A DNA stretch of 64,000 nucleotides. It comes from an uncultured Armatimonadetes bacterium. Its GTDB lineage: Bacteria; Armatimonadota; Hebobacteria; Hebobacterales; Hebobacteraceae. The stretch is from positions 452,031-516,030 of the forward strand of contig OY970296.1 of NCBI GenBank assembly GCA_963716175.1. The letters are read 5' to 3'. A program made the position numbers and the translations under genes. Shown here piece by piece: positions 16,846-25,896 of this stretch; positions within the stretch are counted from its first letter, which is position 1; every line of letters starts with the position of its first letter. A model generated the notes under the pieces. It was not told the DNA's origin. It worked only from the letters and a program-made list of their open reading frames with translations, and ran no database searches.

Positions 16846-19775
16846 GCGCTCCCCGTGCCAGCCTGATCATCTCCACCTGGAATGGCCGACACCTGTTGGA
16901 GACGTGTCTGCCGCGGGTGCTGCGCGCGGTAGAGCAGGCGGGTGGCGACCACGAAGTGATCGTGGTGGACGACGCCAGCTCCAATGACACGGTGGAGTTC
17001 GTCCGGCGCGAGTTCCCCCAGGTCCGGCTGTTGGCCCTGCGGCGCAACCTACGATTCGCGGGGGCGAACAACGCCGCCGCCCGGGCCGCCAGGGGCGAGG
17101 TCCTGGTCTTCCTGAACAACGACATGCTGGTCGAGCCGGACTGCCTGGAACCCTTGCTGCGCCACTTCCAGGATCTCACCGTGTTCGCGGTCACCGCCCA
17201 GATCGAGATGACGCCGCGGCGAGTGGCCGGGGAGGTGATCCGGGAGACGGGACTGGTGAGGGCGAGATTCGAGGACGGGCTGTTCGTGCTGCAGCACGAG
17301 GACGCGACCTCGCAGGAGCCGGTGCGCGTGATCTACGCGGGGGGCGGCTCCAGCGCCTGGCGGCGGGAGGTCTTCTTCGGACTCGGCGCATTCGGCCGCC
17401 TCTTTCGGCCTTTCTACTTCGAGGATCTCGATCTCTCCTACCGGGCCCAGAAGGCGGGGTGGAAAGTGCTCTTCGAGCCCGCCAGCCGCATGACCCACCA
17501 GCACAGACAGACCAATGCCCCGCGGAACTTCCCCGGCGGCTACGTGGACTTGATCTTCGGCAAGAATGGCCTGCTCTTCACGTGGAAGGCACTCACCGAT
17601 CCTGACCTGCTGAGCGCTCATTTCCGGGGGCTCTGGCGCAGGCTGATGCGCTCCCGCGCACACCCGCGGCTGGGGGCCTGCTTCCTGCGCGCGGCGGCCC
17701 AGTTGCCCGAGCTATTAGTGAAACGCCAGCAGGCACGAGCGCAGATGGCGCTCTCCGACAAGGAGGTGCTGCGGCTGGGCGCCAGCCCCCCGCCGCCGGA
17801 GGCGGCCGACGGCGGCGAGCTGCCATATGGCTCTGACGGCACCGGCAAGCGCCTGCTGGTGATCGGGTTCTCGCCCCTGCCCTTCGAGCCCGAGCTCCGG
17901 CTGGGTGCGCTCTGCTTCCGCACCTGGCATCTGGCGCAGGCGTTACTGGCAGAAGGGCACGAGGTGACGGTGGTGGGAGTTCGGATGGCCGCGGCTTACC
18001 GGGAAGAGGCGCAGCGTCCCTCGGTGCTGCGGTTCCGGGGCCGGCACTTCACCTACTACTCGGCCACGCACGCCGCCTTTGAGCCCTCCCCGCGGCCGGC
18101 GGGCAAGGGCAGTGACCTGCTCTCGCGCATCTGCGACCAGTGGCAGCCTGATGGGATCGTCGCCGTCCACGCCTACGGGGCCTGGGCGGCCTCGCGGCTC
18201 AAGACCGGGGCGCCGCTGTGGGCCGACCTGACCGGCTACGCGATGGCGGAAGCCCAGGCGCGCGCGGGCCTGGAGGGCAGCGACGCTCCCATGGCCGAGG
18301 CCTGGCAGCAGGAGCGGGCCGCCCTGGCGCGGGCCGACGTGTTCTCTGTGGTCACGCAGCGCCAGAAGTACGCGCTGATCGGCGAGCTCTTCGCCATCGG
18401 GCGACTGGGAGCCGCGAACTGCGGCGAAGACCGTGTCCATGATATTCCGCTCGCCATCGAGAACCTGCCCTATCGTCATCGGCAGGTGGTGCTGCGAGGG
18501 AAGCTGGTGGGAGAGGACGACTTCGTGATCCTGTGGGCCGGGGGCTACAACACCTGGACGGATGTAGACACGCTCTTCCAGGGGCTGACCGCGGCGATGC
18601 GGCAGCATCCTGGCATCAGGTTCGTTTCCCTGGGGGGCGCGCTGCCGGGTCGGGATGAGCAGACCTTCTATCGCTTTCGCCAGCAGGTCGAGGAAAGCGA
18701 GCTGAGCGGCCGCTTCGTCTTCACCGGCTGGGTGCCCAACGAGGAGGTGCCCAACTACTACTTCGAGAGTGATGTCGGGATCAACATTGATCGCTTCAGC
18801 TACGAGATGCTGATCGGGTGCCGCTACCGCATCCTCGACATGCTGCGCGCCGGGCTGCCGGTGATCACCACCCTGGGCACCGAGATCAGTCACATCGTGC
18901 GCGAGGAGCGGCTGGGTCTGACCTTTGCACCAGGAGACGCGCAAGGCCTGAAAGAGGCCATCCTGACACTGGCGCGAGACGAGGCGCTGCGGCGGCGCTG
19001 CGCCTACCGCGCCAAGGAGCATGTTTTCAGGCACCGCACGGTGGACCAGGTGATGGGGCCTCTGCGGCAATGGGCGCAGGCACCGGAGCGGTCCGCGGAT
19101 CGGATGCCTGTTGCGGCCGAGGCGGCGGGCGACGAGGCCCCGCGCTCTCTCCGCCTGCGAGAGCTGGCGCGATCAGTCACCGCCGGGCTGGCCGATATCG
19201 CGGCCCAGGCCTGGGTTCGGCGGCGCGGTACGCACGCCTGGGGGCTGGACCCGCGAGAGCCCCCACACGCGGTGCTGGTGATCCGGGCCGGGTCTCTCCT
19301 CCTGGTCCGGGAAGTGGTGGCGCGCCTCCGCGCACGCTACCCCGCAGCCGCGACCACGGTGCTGGCTCCCGAGGCCCTGACTGCGGAGACCGCCTACGAG
19401 ACCGGTGCCCGCGTGATCTCCGCGCCCGGCGCGGGGATGGTGAGCTATCGGGTCAGCAGGGCCGCCATCGGCCGGGTGCGGCAAGGAAGGTTCGACACCG
19501 TGGTGGTGGCCGGCGAGGGCAACCGGAGAGCCGAGCTGCTCGCGCTGCTCGCGGGTCCCGCGCGGCGAGTCGAGGTGCGAGACGATGGCGCCGCCCATGT
19601 CTTCTCGTTCGCCGCTTACAAGCCACTCGTCGTGCTGGCCATAGCCATCGCCAGCCTGCTGGAGAAGATCACGCTCACCGCGCTGGTGGGCCTGGTATGG
19701 GGAAGCATCCAACTGGAAGGGCGGCTGTGGAGGTTCCGCCAGCGGCGGGGCGCATCCACGCGCGCCACGCGGTGA
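16842..19775 (+). CDS. Tandem GT2-GT4 fusion glycosyltransferase (977 aa) with a C-terminal GT9-N-like module and a TM helix
   Basis: N-terminal GT-A (LIISTWNGRHLL, VVDDASSNDT); central GT-B (KRLLVIGFSPLPFE ... GLPVITTLGTE); C-terminal module HAVLVIRAGSLLLV...RQGRFDTVVVAGEGN...LLALLAGPARRV; hydrophobic helix VVLAIAIASLLEKITLTALVGLVWG. GTGA overlap with the epimerase stop. Confidence 0.8.
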   Translation: MSAPRASLIISTWNGRHLLETCLPRVLRAVEQAGGDHEVIVVDDASSNDTVEFVRREFPQVRLLALRRNLRFAGANNAAARAARGEVLVFLNNDMLVEPDCLEPLLRHFQDLTVFAVTAQIEMTPRRVAGEVIRETGLVRARFEDGLFVLQHEDATSQEPVRVIYAGGGSSAWRREVFFGLGAFGRLFRPFYFEDLDLSYRAQKAGWKVLFEPASRMTHQHRQTNAPRNFPGGYVDLIFGKNGLLFTWKALTDPDLLSAHFRGLWRRLMRSRAHPRLGACFLRAAAQLPELLVKRQQARAQMALSDKEVLRLGASPPPPEAADGGELPYGSDGTGKRLLVIGFSPLPFEPELRLGALCFRTWHLAQALLAEGHEVTVVGVRMAAAYREEAQRPSVLRFRGRHFTYYSATHAAFEPSPRPAGKGSDLLSRICDQWQPDGIVAVHAYGAWAASRLKTGAPLWADLTGYAMAEAQARAGLEGSDAPMAEAWQQERAALARADVFSVVTQRQKYALIGELFAIGRLGAANCGEDRVHDIPLAIENLPYRHRQVVLRGKLVGEDDFVILWAGGYNTWTDVDTLFQGLTAAMRQHPGIRFVSLGGALPGRDEQTFYRFRQQVEESELSGRFVFTGWVPNEEVPNYYFESDVGINIDRFSYEMLIGCRYRILDMLRAGLPVITTLGTEISHIVREERLGLTFAPGDAQGLKEAILTLARDEALRRRCAYRAKEHVFRHRTVDQVMGPLRQWAQAPERSADRMPVAAEAAGDEAPRSLRLRELARSVTAGLADIAAQAWVRRRGTHAWGLDPREPPHAVLVIRAGSLLLVREVVARLRARYPAAATTVLAPEALTAETAYETGARVISAPGAGMVSYRVSRAAIGRVRQGRFDTVVVAGEGNRRAELLALLAGPARRVEVRDDGAAHVFSFAAYKPLVVLAIAIASLLEKITLTALVGLVWGSIQLEGRLWRFRQRRGASTRATR

Positions 19776-19787
19776 GGACGGAGACCG

Positions 19788-20423
19788 ATGGCGCGGCCCG
19801 CGGTGTTTCTCGATCGCGACGGCACCGTGCTGCGCGAGCGCGATTACCTGACATCCGCGCACGAGATGCGGCTGCTGCCAGGGGCAGGAGCTGCGATCCG
19901 CCGGCTGAATGAGGCCGGCTTTGCGGTGGTGGTGATCACGAACCAGTCGGGGATCGCGCGGGGTCTGCTGAGCGAGCGCGACCTCGACCACATGCACCAG
20001 GTCCTGCGCCGGCGACTCGCGCGCTCGGGTGCACAGCTCGACGGCATTTACTACTGCCCCCATCATCCCGAGGCGCCGCTCCGGCGGTATCGCCGCCGCT
20101 GCGGCTGCCGCAAACCGGCGCCCGGCCTGCTACGCCGGGCAGCGCGGGAGCTGAACCTCGATCTCCCACGCTCCTTCGCCATCGGCGACAGCCCACGCGA
20201 CCTGGAGGCAGGGCGGCGCGCCGGTTGCCGCGCGATCCTGGTGCGCACGGGCTATGGCATGCTCACCGAGACCACCGTGAATGCCAGGGCCTTCGACCAC
20301 GTGGCGGACGACCTGCCCGCGGCCGTCACTTGGGTACTGGCGCAGAGGCGGCGGGCATGCAGAGACATGCCCACCCTACAGGAGAGGCAAAGGCGCACAC
20401 AGGCCCCATGCAAGCGACCCTGA
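19788..20423 (+). CDS. gmhB: D-glycero-D-manno-heptose 1,7-bisphosphate phosphatase (HAD-IIIA, GmhB-like)
   Basis: FLDRDGTV, VVVITNQSGIARG and the CxH...C...C zinc-binding insert (YYCPHHPEAPLRRYRRRCGCRKP) match the GmhB/histidinol-phosphatase-like family. Confidence 0.8.
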   Translation: MARPAVFLDRDGTVLRERDYLTSAHEMRLLPGAGAAIRRLNEAGFAVVVITNQSGIARGLLSERDLDHMHQVLRRRLARSGAQLDGIYYCPHHPEAPLRRYRRRCGCRKPAPGLLRRAARELNLDLPRSFAIGDSPRDLEAGRRAGCRAILVRTGYGMLTETTVNARAFDHVADDLPAAVTWVLAQRRRACRDMPTLQERQRRTQAPCKRP

Positions 20424-21349
20424 TCGTGGTCAACTACAATGGGCGGGAGCTGCTGGTGAAATCCGTGCCCGCGGCCCTCGAGGCCGCGCGCCAGGCCGGC
20501 GGTCACCGCGTCGTGGTGGCCAATGACGGCAGCACGGATGACAGCCTCCACTATCTGCCTACCACTCACCCGGAGGTGGATGTGCTCGCCCTTCCCCACC
20601 GCGGCTTCGGCGCCACCTGCAACGCGGCCGTGGCGGCCGCGCAGACAGATGCCGTCCTGCTGCTGAACAGCGATGTCGTGGTCGCCCCGGATTTCCTGCC
20701 GCCCCTGCTTGAGGACCTGACGGGGCGTGATGTCTTCGCGGTCGGAGGCAAGTTCCTCAATCCGGATGGCTCGTTGACCGACGCCCTGGGCAATCGCACC
20801 TCGTGCCAGTGGCGCCGCGGCCTGCCCTACATCCACCACGAGACCGACCCCGCGCTGCTCGCAGCAACTTGTCCCCAGCTCTATGCCAATGGCGCCATGA
20901 TGGCCTTCTGGCGAGATAAGTGGCTCGCGCTCGGCGGCTTCGATCCCCTCTATCGGCCGTTCTACTGGGAGGATGCCGATCTGGGCTATCGCGCCTGGGG
21001 ACGTGGCTGGCGCGTGCTCTACGAACCGGCGAGCGTGGTCTTCCATGCCCAGGGCAGCACCATGAGGCGGACTCACCAGGTTCGCCACATCGAGCTGATG
21101 TCCGCCAAGAACGCCATCCTCTTCACCTGGAAGAATCTGCTCGATCCCGGCTTGCTGCGGCGCGCCCTGGCCGCTCAGGCCCGGTGGGCCGCGGATGACG
21201 TGCTGATCGGAGGCCTGCCGCCCCGCACCCGCGCTTTGCTGTGCGCCTCGCGCCAGCTCGCCGAGGCGGCCCGGGGCCGGGCCCGGGAAGCCCGCGAGCG
21301 CAGGCGCGCCGATTGGGAAATCCTGGCTGCCAGCGGAGCTGATCGGTGA
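20408..21349 (+). CDS. Family 2 glycosyltransferase
   Basis: MQATLIVVNYNGRELL, VVANDGSTDDS and the FYWEDADLGYRA region. Start at the internal ATG overlapping the gmhB 3' end by ~16 nt. Confidence 0.8.
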   Translation: MQATLIVVNYNGRELLVKSVPAALEAARQAGGHRVVVANDGSTDDSLHYLPTTHPEVDVLALPHRGFGATCNAAVAAAQTDAVLLLNSDVVVAPDFLPPLLEDLTGRDVFAVGGKFLNPDGSLTDALGNRTSCQWRRGLPYIHHETDPALLAATCPQLYANGAMMAFWRDKWLALGGFDPLYRPFYWEDADLGYRAWGRGWRVLYEPASVVFHAQGSTMRRTHQVRHIELMSAKNAILFTWKNLLDPGLLRRALAAQARWAADDVLIGGLPPRTRALLCASRQLAEAARGRAREARERRRADWEILAASGADR

Positions 21350-21855
21350 ACGCGCGGGGGCCCACGATACTGCTCTTGACGTTCGCGCGGCAGGGCGAGG
21401 AGGGTGCCATCCGGGGAGCGTTGGCATGGCTCAGCCAGCAAGCGCCCGGGGCCGAGTTCGTCGCGGTCGGGACTCCCGTGTCCGCTCCTGTTCTCAACCG
21501 CCTCGGCCTGACAGATGTGATCATCTTCGGGGACGGGGCCTCCACGCGGCAAGTGGTGGGAGAGGCAAGGGCGCGGCGGCCCAAGATCACCGCCATTGTC
21601 TACGGCGGCCCTGGCAGCAGCGCCCATCTCAAGCTGGAGCTGGTGGCCCTGGGCGCGGCCGCGCCGGTCACCTATCGGTTCGTGCCCGACACACCGCCGC
21701 GGCCAATCGGCAGATGGGCGCTGCTCGCGTCGGTCGCGACCAAAGCGCTGTCGGCGGCAGGCCGCCTGGTCGTGGGGTGCGTGATCTGCGGGATCGCGCT
21801 CTGCCGGCTGCGCCTGGCGCAGCTCCTGACGGGAGGGCAGCATGCGCGTGGCTAG
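21346..21855 (+). CDS. Stand-alone GT9-N-like module protein with a C-terminal TM helix (169 aa)
   Basis: PTILLLTFARQGEEGAIRGALAWLSQQAPGAEFVAV...RRPKITAIVYGGPGSS...LELVALGAAAPV, then GRLVVGCVICGIALC. GTGA overlap with the preceding stop. Confidence 0.6.
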   Translation: MNARGPTILLLTFARQGEEGAIRGALAWLSQQAPGAEFVAVGTPVSAPVLNRLGLTDVIIFGDGASTRQVVGEARARRPKITAIVYGGPGSSAHLKLELVALGAAAPVTYRFVPDTPPRPIGRWALLASVATKALSAAGRLVVGCVICGIALCRLRLAQLLTGGQHARG

Positions 21856-23005
21856 GTCTTGCCGCCACGGCGGCCCGAAGGGCCTAGCCGTCGGCCTTGA
21901 TGCCCGCACCCTGGCCTCCGAGGTGCACTCCGGGGTAGAAGAGTACGTGATCAACCTGGTGAGCGCGCTGTCGCGCCTGACCGAGGCCCCGGAGATCATC
22001 GCCTATGTTGACCGCCCGATCCCTGACCCCGAGACTGCGGAGGCCGCTTCCTCCGGACCGCTGCGAACCAGCATCGTGCGGGCCCGCCGCGGCTGGCTGC
22101 GAGCCGCTCTCCCCTGGCGGCTATGGCGAGACCGGGTGAACCTGGTGCACCTCCCCAGCACCATCCTGCCGCCGCTCCTTCCCTGTCCGGCCGTGGTGAC
22201 AGTCCACGATCTGGCCTGGGTGCGATACCCAGAGACCTATGAACCCAAAGACCTGGTGATGCAGCGACGGGCGGTAGCCGGGGCCGCGGCGCGGGCCGGT
22301 CACATCATCGCGGTCTCGGACGCCACCGCGCGCGATCTGCGCCAGCACTATCCGCGGTCCGGGGACAGAGTCTCGGTCATCCCTCTCGGCGTCTCGCCCC
22401 GATTCTCGCCAGACGGGCCGCGGCTGAGCACCGCAGCCTTCCCGGGCGCGGAGCGGCTCACCCGCGGCTATGTCCTCTACGCCGGCGGGCTGCAGCCCAG
22501 GAAGAATGTCCTGCGTCTCCTGGTGGCCTACGAGAAGGTGCTGGCCGAGACGTCGGCGCCGCCGCTAGTGCTGGCCGGGGCCGTCTCCCCCCACGCGCAC
22601 GAGCTGCGGCAGGCTTCCCAGAGGCTCGGGATCGAGCGCCACGTGGTCTTCCCGGGCTATGTGGCCCAGGACCTGCTGCCGGCCCTCTACCGCAGCGCGA
22701 CCGTGTTCGTCTATCCCTCGCTCTACGAGGGCTTTGGGCTCCCCGTGCTGGAGGCGATGGCCTGCGGCGTCCCGGTCGTCACCTCGAACGTGTCCGCCCT
22801 GCCCGAGGTGGCCGGGGAGGCGGCGCTGCTGGTGGACCCAGAGAGCGTGGAGCGGCTCTCGTGGGCGGTTTCGCTGCTGCTGGCGGACCAGGCGCTGCGC
22901 CAGACCCTGGGCCAGCGCGGCCCGGCGCGCGCCCGGCAGTTCACCTGGGAGCAGACCGCGCGCCAGACCGTGGGAGTCTACCAGCGGTTTGCGGCAGAAG
23001 AATAG
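21842..23005 (+). CDS. Family 4 (GT-B) glycosyltransferase; last gene of the operon
   Basis: C-terminal GT4 signature GYVLYAGGLQPRKNV ... SLYEGFGLPVLEAMACGVPVVTSN. Confidence 0.85.
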   Translation: MRVARSCRHGGPKGLAVGLDARTLASEVHSGVEEYVINLVSALSRLTEAPEIIAYVDRPIPDPETAEAASSGPLRTSIVRARRGWLRAALPWRLWRDRVNLVHLPSTILPPLLPCPAVVTVHDLAWVRYPETYEPKDLVMQRRAVAGAAARAGHIIAVSDATARDLRQHYPRSGDRVSVIPLGVSPRFSPDGPRLSTAAFPGAERLTRGYVLYAGGLQPRKNVLRLLVAYEKVLAETSAPPLVLAGAVSPHAHELRQASQRLGIERHVVFPGYVAQDLLPALYRSATVFVYPSLYEGFGLPVLEAMACGVPVVTSNVSALPEVAGEAALLVDPESVERLSWAVSLLLADQALRQTLGQRGPARARQFTWEQTARQTVGVYQRFAAEE

Positions 23006-23074
23006 GCGCGATCCGCGCTGGCTGTGAAACTTCCTGCCAGCCATTTCCGTATCCCACAGTGGCGGAGGCCGTGG

Positions 23075-23644
23075 ATGAGTGGGACACAGGTCCCAGAGGA
23101 TGAGGGACAGCTAATCCGGCTCTGCCGCGAGGGCGACCAAAGCGCCTTCGATAGCCTGGTTTCCCGCCATTACCGCGGGATCTACAACATGACCTACCGC
23201 ATGCTGGGAAATGCCGAAGATGCCTCGGACCTGACTCAGGAGACCTTCCTGAGGGCCTACACACGGTTGGAGACCTTCCAGCTGGGCCGCCCCTTCACCG
23301 CCTGGATCAGGCGGATCGCCACCAATCTCTGCATAGATCACCTGCGCCAGCGCGGTCAGCCCACCTTGTCCCTGGAGGAACGGCTGGAGTCGGGTGTGGA
23401 GGAGGCCGATAGCCGCCCGGAGGGCTCCCCGGTGGAGCGAATGGAGATGGCCGAGGATTCCCAGCGGGTGCTGGCAGCGGTGCAGCGGCTGCCGGCAAAG
23501 CAGCGGGCGGTGCTCGTCATGAGGCACATCGAAGGCATGACCCTGGAAGAGATCGCGGCCGCGCTGCGCTGGCCGCTGGGCACGGTGAAGGTGAACCTGT
23601 TCCGCGGCCGCCAGGCGGTCCGCGAGATGGTGGGTGAGCTATGA
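23075..23644 (+). CDS. ECF (sigma-70 family group IV) RNA polymerase sigma factor
   Basis: Region 2 (DLTQETFLRAYTRLETF) and region 4 (MTLEEIAAALRWPLGTVKVNLFRGR). Start placed at the internal Met; the track ORF begins at 23024. Confidence 0.85.
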   Translation: MSGTQVPEDEGQLIRLCREGDQSAFDSLVSRHYRGIYNMTYRMLGNAEDASDLTQETFLRAYTRLETFQLGRPFTAWIRRIATNLCIDHLRQRGQPTLSLEERLESGVEEADSRPEGSPVERMEMAEDSQRVLAAVQRLPAKQRAVLVMRHIEGMTLEEIAAALRWPLGTVKVNLFRGRQAVREMVGEL

Positions 23645-24258
23645 AGCGAAATGTGATGACTTGCTCCGCGGTGGCCGATCTGCTGGAAGCTTACTTCGAG
23701 CAGGTGCTTCCGGAGGGCAAGGCAGCGCTGGTGGCAGCCCATCTCCGGCAGTGCCGCGCCTGTTCCGGCAAGCTGGCCCAGATCGAGAAGATCACGGCGG
23801 CTCTGGCTGCGGTGCCGAGCAGCGAGCCGAGCGCAGACCTGGCGCGGTTGATCTCAGCTCGCGTGGCCGCGCTGCCGCCGGCCGCTCGACGTCGCTGGCT
23901 GGTGGTGGGATGGCGCCGCCTGGAGGTGCTGGCCGCAGCGTTCATGGTCTTCCTGGCGGCCTGGCGCTATGCCCTGCCGCTGCTCCTCTCCGAAGAGGCA
24001 GGCCGACTCCGGATCATCATCTGGGCCAAGCATGCCACCGCTCAGTTGGCGATCTGGGCGACGGCCCTGGCCGAGCCCTGCCACCGCCTCTGGCTGGCGC
24101 TACGAGGAACGCCGGAGGCGCTGAGGCCGGTTGTCACTGCGGTCGCGCCGACGGTCGCGCTCTACGCGGCGGCCGAGGTCGTCATCATCGCCGCCGTCAT
24201 CGTGATCGCTCATCGCACTCATCGCGCTCGTTTCGCTTCCGCAACCATCCTGCTGTGA
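23641..24258 (+). CDS. Anti-sigma factor (zf-HC2 type) with TM segments
   Basis: ATGA overlap with the sigma factor gene. HLRQCRACSG zinc-finger motif near the N-terminus, with hydrophobic helices after it. Confidence 0.7.
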   Translation: MKRNVMTCSAVADLLEAYFEQVLPEGKAALVAAHLRQCRACSGKLAQIEKITAALAAVPSSEPSADLARLISARVAALPPAARRRWLVVGWRRLEVLAAAFMVFLAAWRYALPLLLSEEAGRLRIIIWAKHATAQLAIWATALAEPCHRLWLALRGTPEALRPVVTAVAPTVALYAAAEVVIIAAVIVIAHRTHRARFASATILL

Positions 24259-24271
24259 AGGAGGAAGCTAC

Positions 24272-25811
24272 CATGAAAGGGTACTGCAGCGAGACTGTGG
24301 GGAGACGCGACTTGCGCTGGACAGCATGCCTGCTGATGGTGTTGGCGGCGAGCGCGCTGCTCTGGAGCCAGCTCGCGCTCGCGGCCGGCCCGCCCCTAGA
24401 CCTGTCCGGCACCTGGAAGTTCAAGGCCGACTGGGAAGAGAACGGCCAGGCCCTGGGGTGGCAGAAGCCCGAGTTCGATGATTCCACCTGGCGCGACCTG
24501 GCGGTGCCTGGAACCTGGGAAGGGCAGGGCGTCACTACCACCAACCCCCGCTGGCCGGGATCGGAGCCGTACAACGGCTACGCCTGGTACCGGCGCCACT
24601 TCTCCGTCCCGGCGGATTGGGGCCAACCGAACGAGAGCCTGCACATCGGGGCGATTGACGATATGGACTGGGTGTACATCAACGGCCAGCTGGTCGGGTC
24701 CACCAGCGGCGAGAGGGCCTTTGAACAGGAGCGGGAGTACGACCTCAAGCCCGGCCTGCTCAAGCCCGGCGCCGATAACGTGATCGCCATCCGCATCCTG
24801 GACACAGCAGGCAAGGGGGGCATCGTAGAGGGGCCGGTGGAGCTGGTCGGGTCCGCGCCGGAGTCAGCAGCAGAAGAGGAGCCAGGCGAAGCGGCTCCGC
24901 CCCCCGGCAAGTACCCCGAGAAGCGGGGCGACATGGTGCAGGTGGTGGGCAGTGTCACCGTGCCGCCTGGCAGCCAAGTGGACGGAGATGCGGTGGCGGT
25001 GGGCGGCTCGGTTGATGTCAAAGGATATGTCACCGGAGACGTGGTCGCGGTGGGCGGCTCAGTCACGATCCGGCCGGGGGCGAGGGTGGATGGAGACGCC
25101 GTGGCCGTGGGCGGCACCGTCAAGACCGAAGGGGATGGCATAGTCAAGGGTCAGGTCACCCAGGTCACCCTCTTCCCCTGGGCCATCCCGGGTATCTTCG
25201 GGCTCGCCTTCCTCACTGGCTCGTCTTCTCTCGTCTTCGTGCTGGTGAAGAGGCTGATCCTGTGGGGGCTGCTGGCGGTGCTGCTCGCGCTGATCTGCCC
25301 TAAGCGCCTGCAAGTGATGGCGCGGGCCCTGCCGCTTTACCCGGGATGGGTGGCCGGGCACGGCGTGGTGGGCTGGGTATTGACCCCGGCGGTGGTGCTG
25401 CTGGTGGCGCTGGTGGCGGCCGCCGTCTGCGTGGTGCTTGCCATCACCATCATTGGCATCGTGCTGATCCCGGCCGTGGCGCTGGTGCTGGTGGCGGTGG
25501 TGCTTGGCCTATTCCTCCTGCTCTGCCTCGGGCTGGGCGGGGTCTGGGTGAGCATAGGGCAAGCGCTCATCGCCCGCATGGGCCGGCCGGAGGCGAGCGT
25601 GCTGCCGGCGGCGCTGCTAGGTGTGGTATTGACCGCGGTCGCTTCGGCGGTCCCCGTGGCGGGGACGCTGGTGCTGATCACGCTTGTGATCTTCGCCTAC
25701 GGGCTGGGGCTGATGACCGGAGGGGGAACGAGACCGGAATGGACTCATCGGCGCCTGGGAATCCGCCGCGCTCCCGAGGCTGCTCCGGCCTCGCAGACTC
25801 CCACCGCCTAG
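24272..25811 (+). CDS. Polytopic membrane protein with a signal peptide, a GH2-N-like (galactose-binding jelly-roll) domain and bactofilin-like beta-helical repeats
   Basis: The real start is an ATG about 640 nt inside the 725-aa track ORF (23634..25811), just after the anti-sigma stop. LSGTWKFKADWEENG...NGYAWYRRHFSVP...WVYINGQLVGS...DLKPG..NVIAIRILD resembles the Glyco_hydro_2 N-terminal sugar-binding domain. Repeats (VDGDAVAVGGSV)x3 are bactofilin/DUF342-like. At least 6 TM helices follow. Confidence 0.6.
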
Positions 25812-25837
25812 CCTAGCAGCGAGAACCAGTCCCAACG

Positions 25838-25872
25838 AGCAGCGCTGGCGGCAGGATCGCCAGCGCTGCTCT
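25838..25872. terminator. GC-rich 13-bp perfect inverted repeat (AGCAGCGCTGGCG-n7-CGCCAGCGCTGCT) between convergent genes; candidate bidirectional terminator
   Basis: Perfect palindrome read directly from the sequence. No U-tract, which is common for high-GC terminators but lowers confidence. Confidence 0.35.
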
Positions 25873-25896
25873 GCTCCCTGCGCTGCGGCTGATCTG

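Noticed and set aside
23024-23074. N-terminal 17 codons of the sigma factor ORF (MKLPASHFRIPQWRRPW)
   Set aside because: ECF sigma factors normally start close to region 2; the internal Met (MSGTQVPEDEGQLIRL) is more plausible, although the longer form cannot be excluded.
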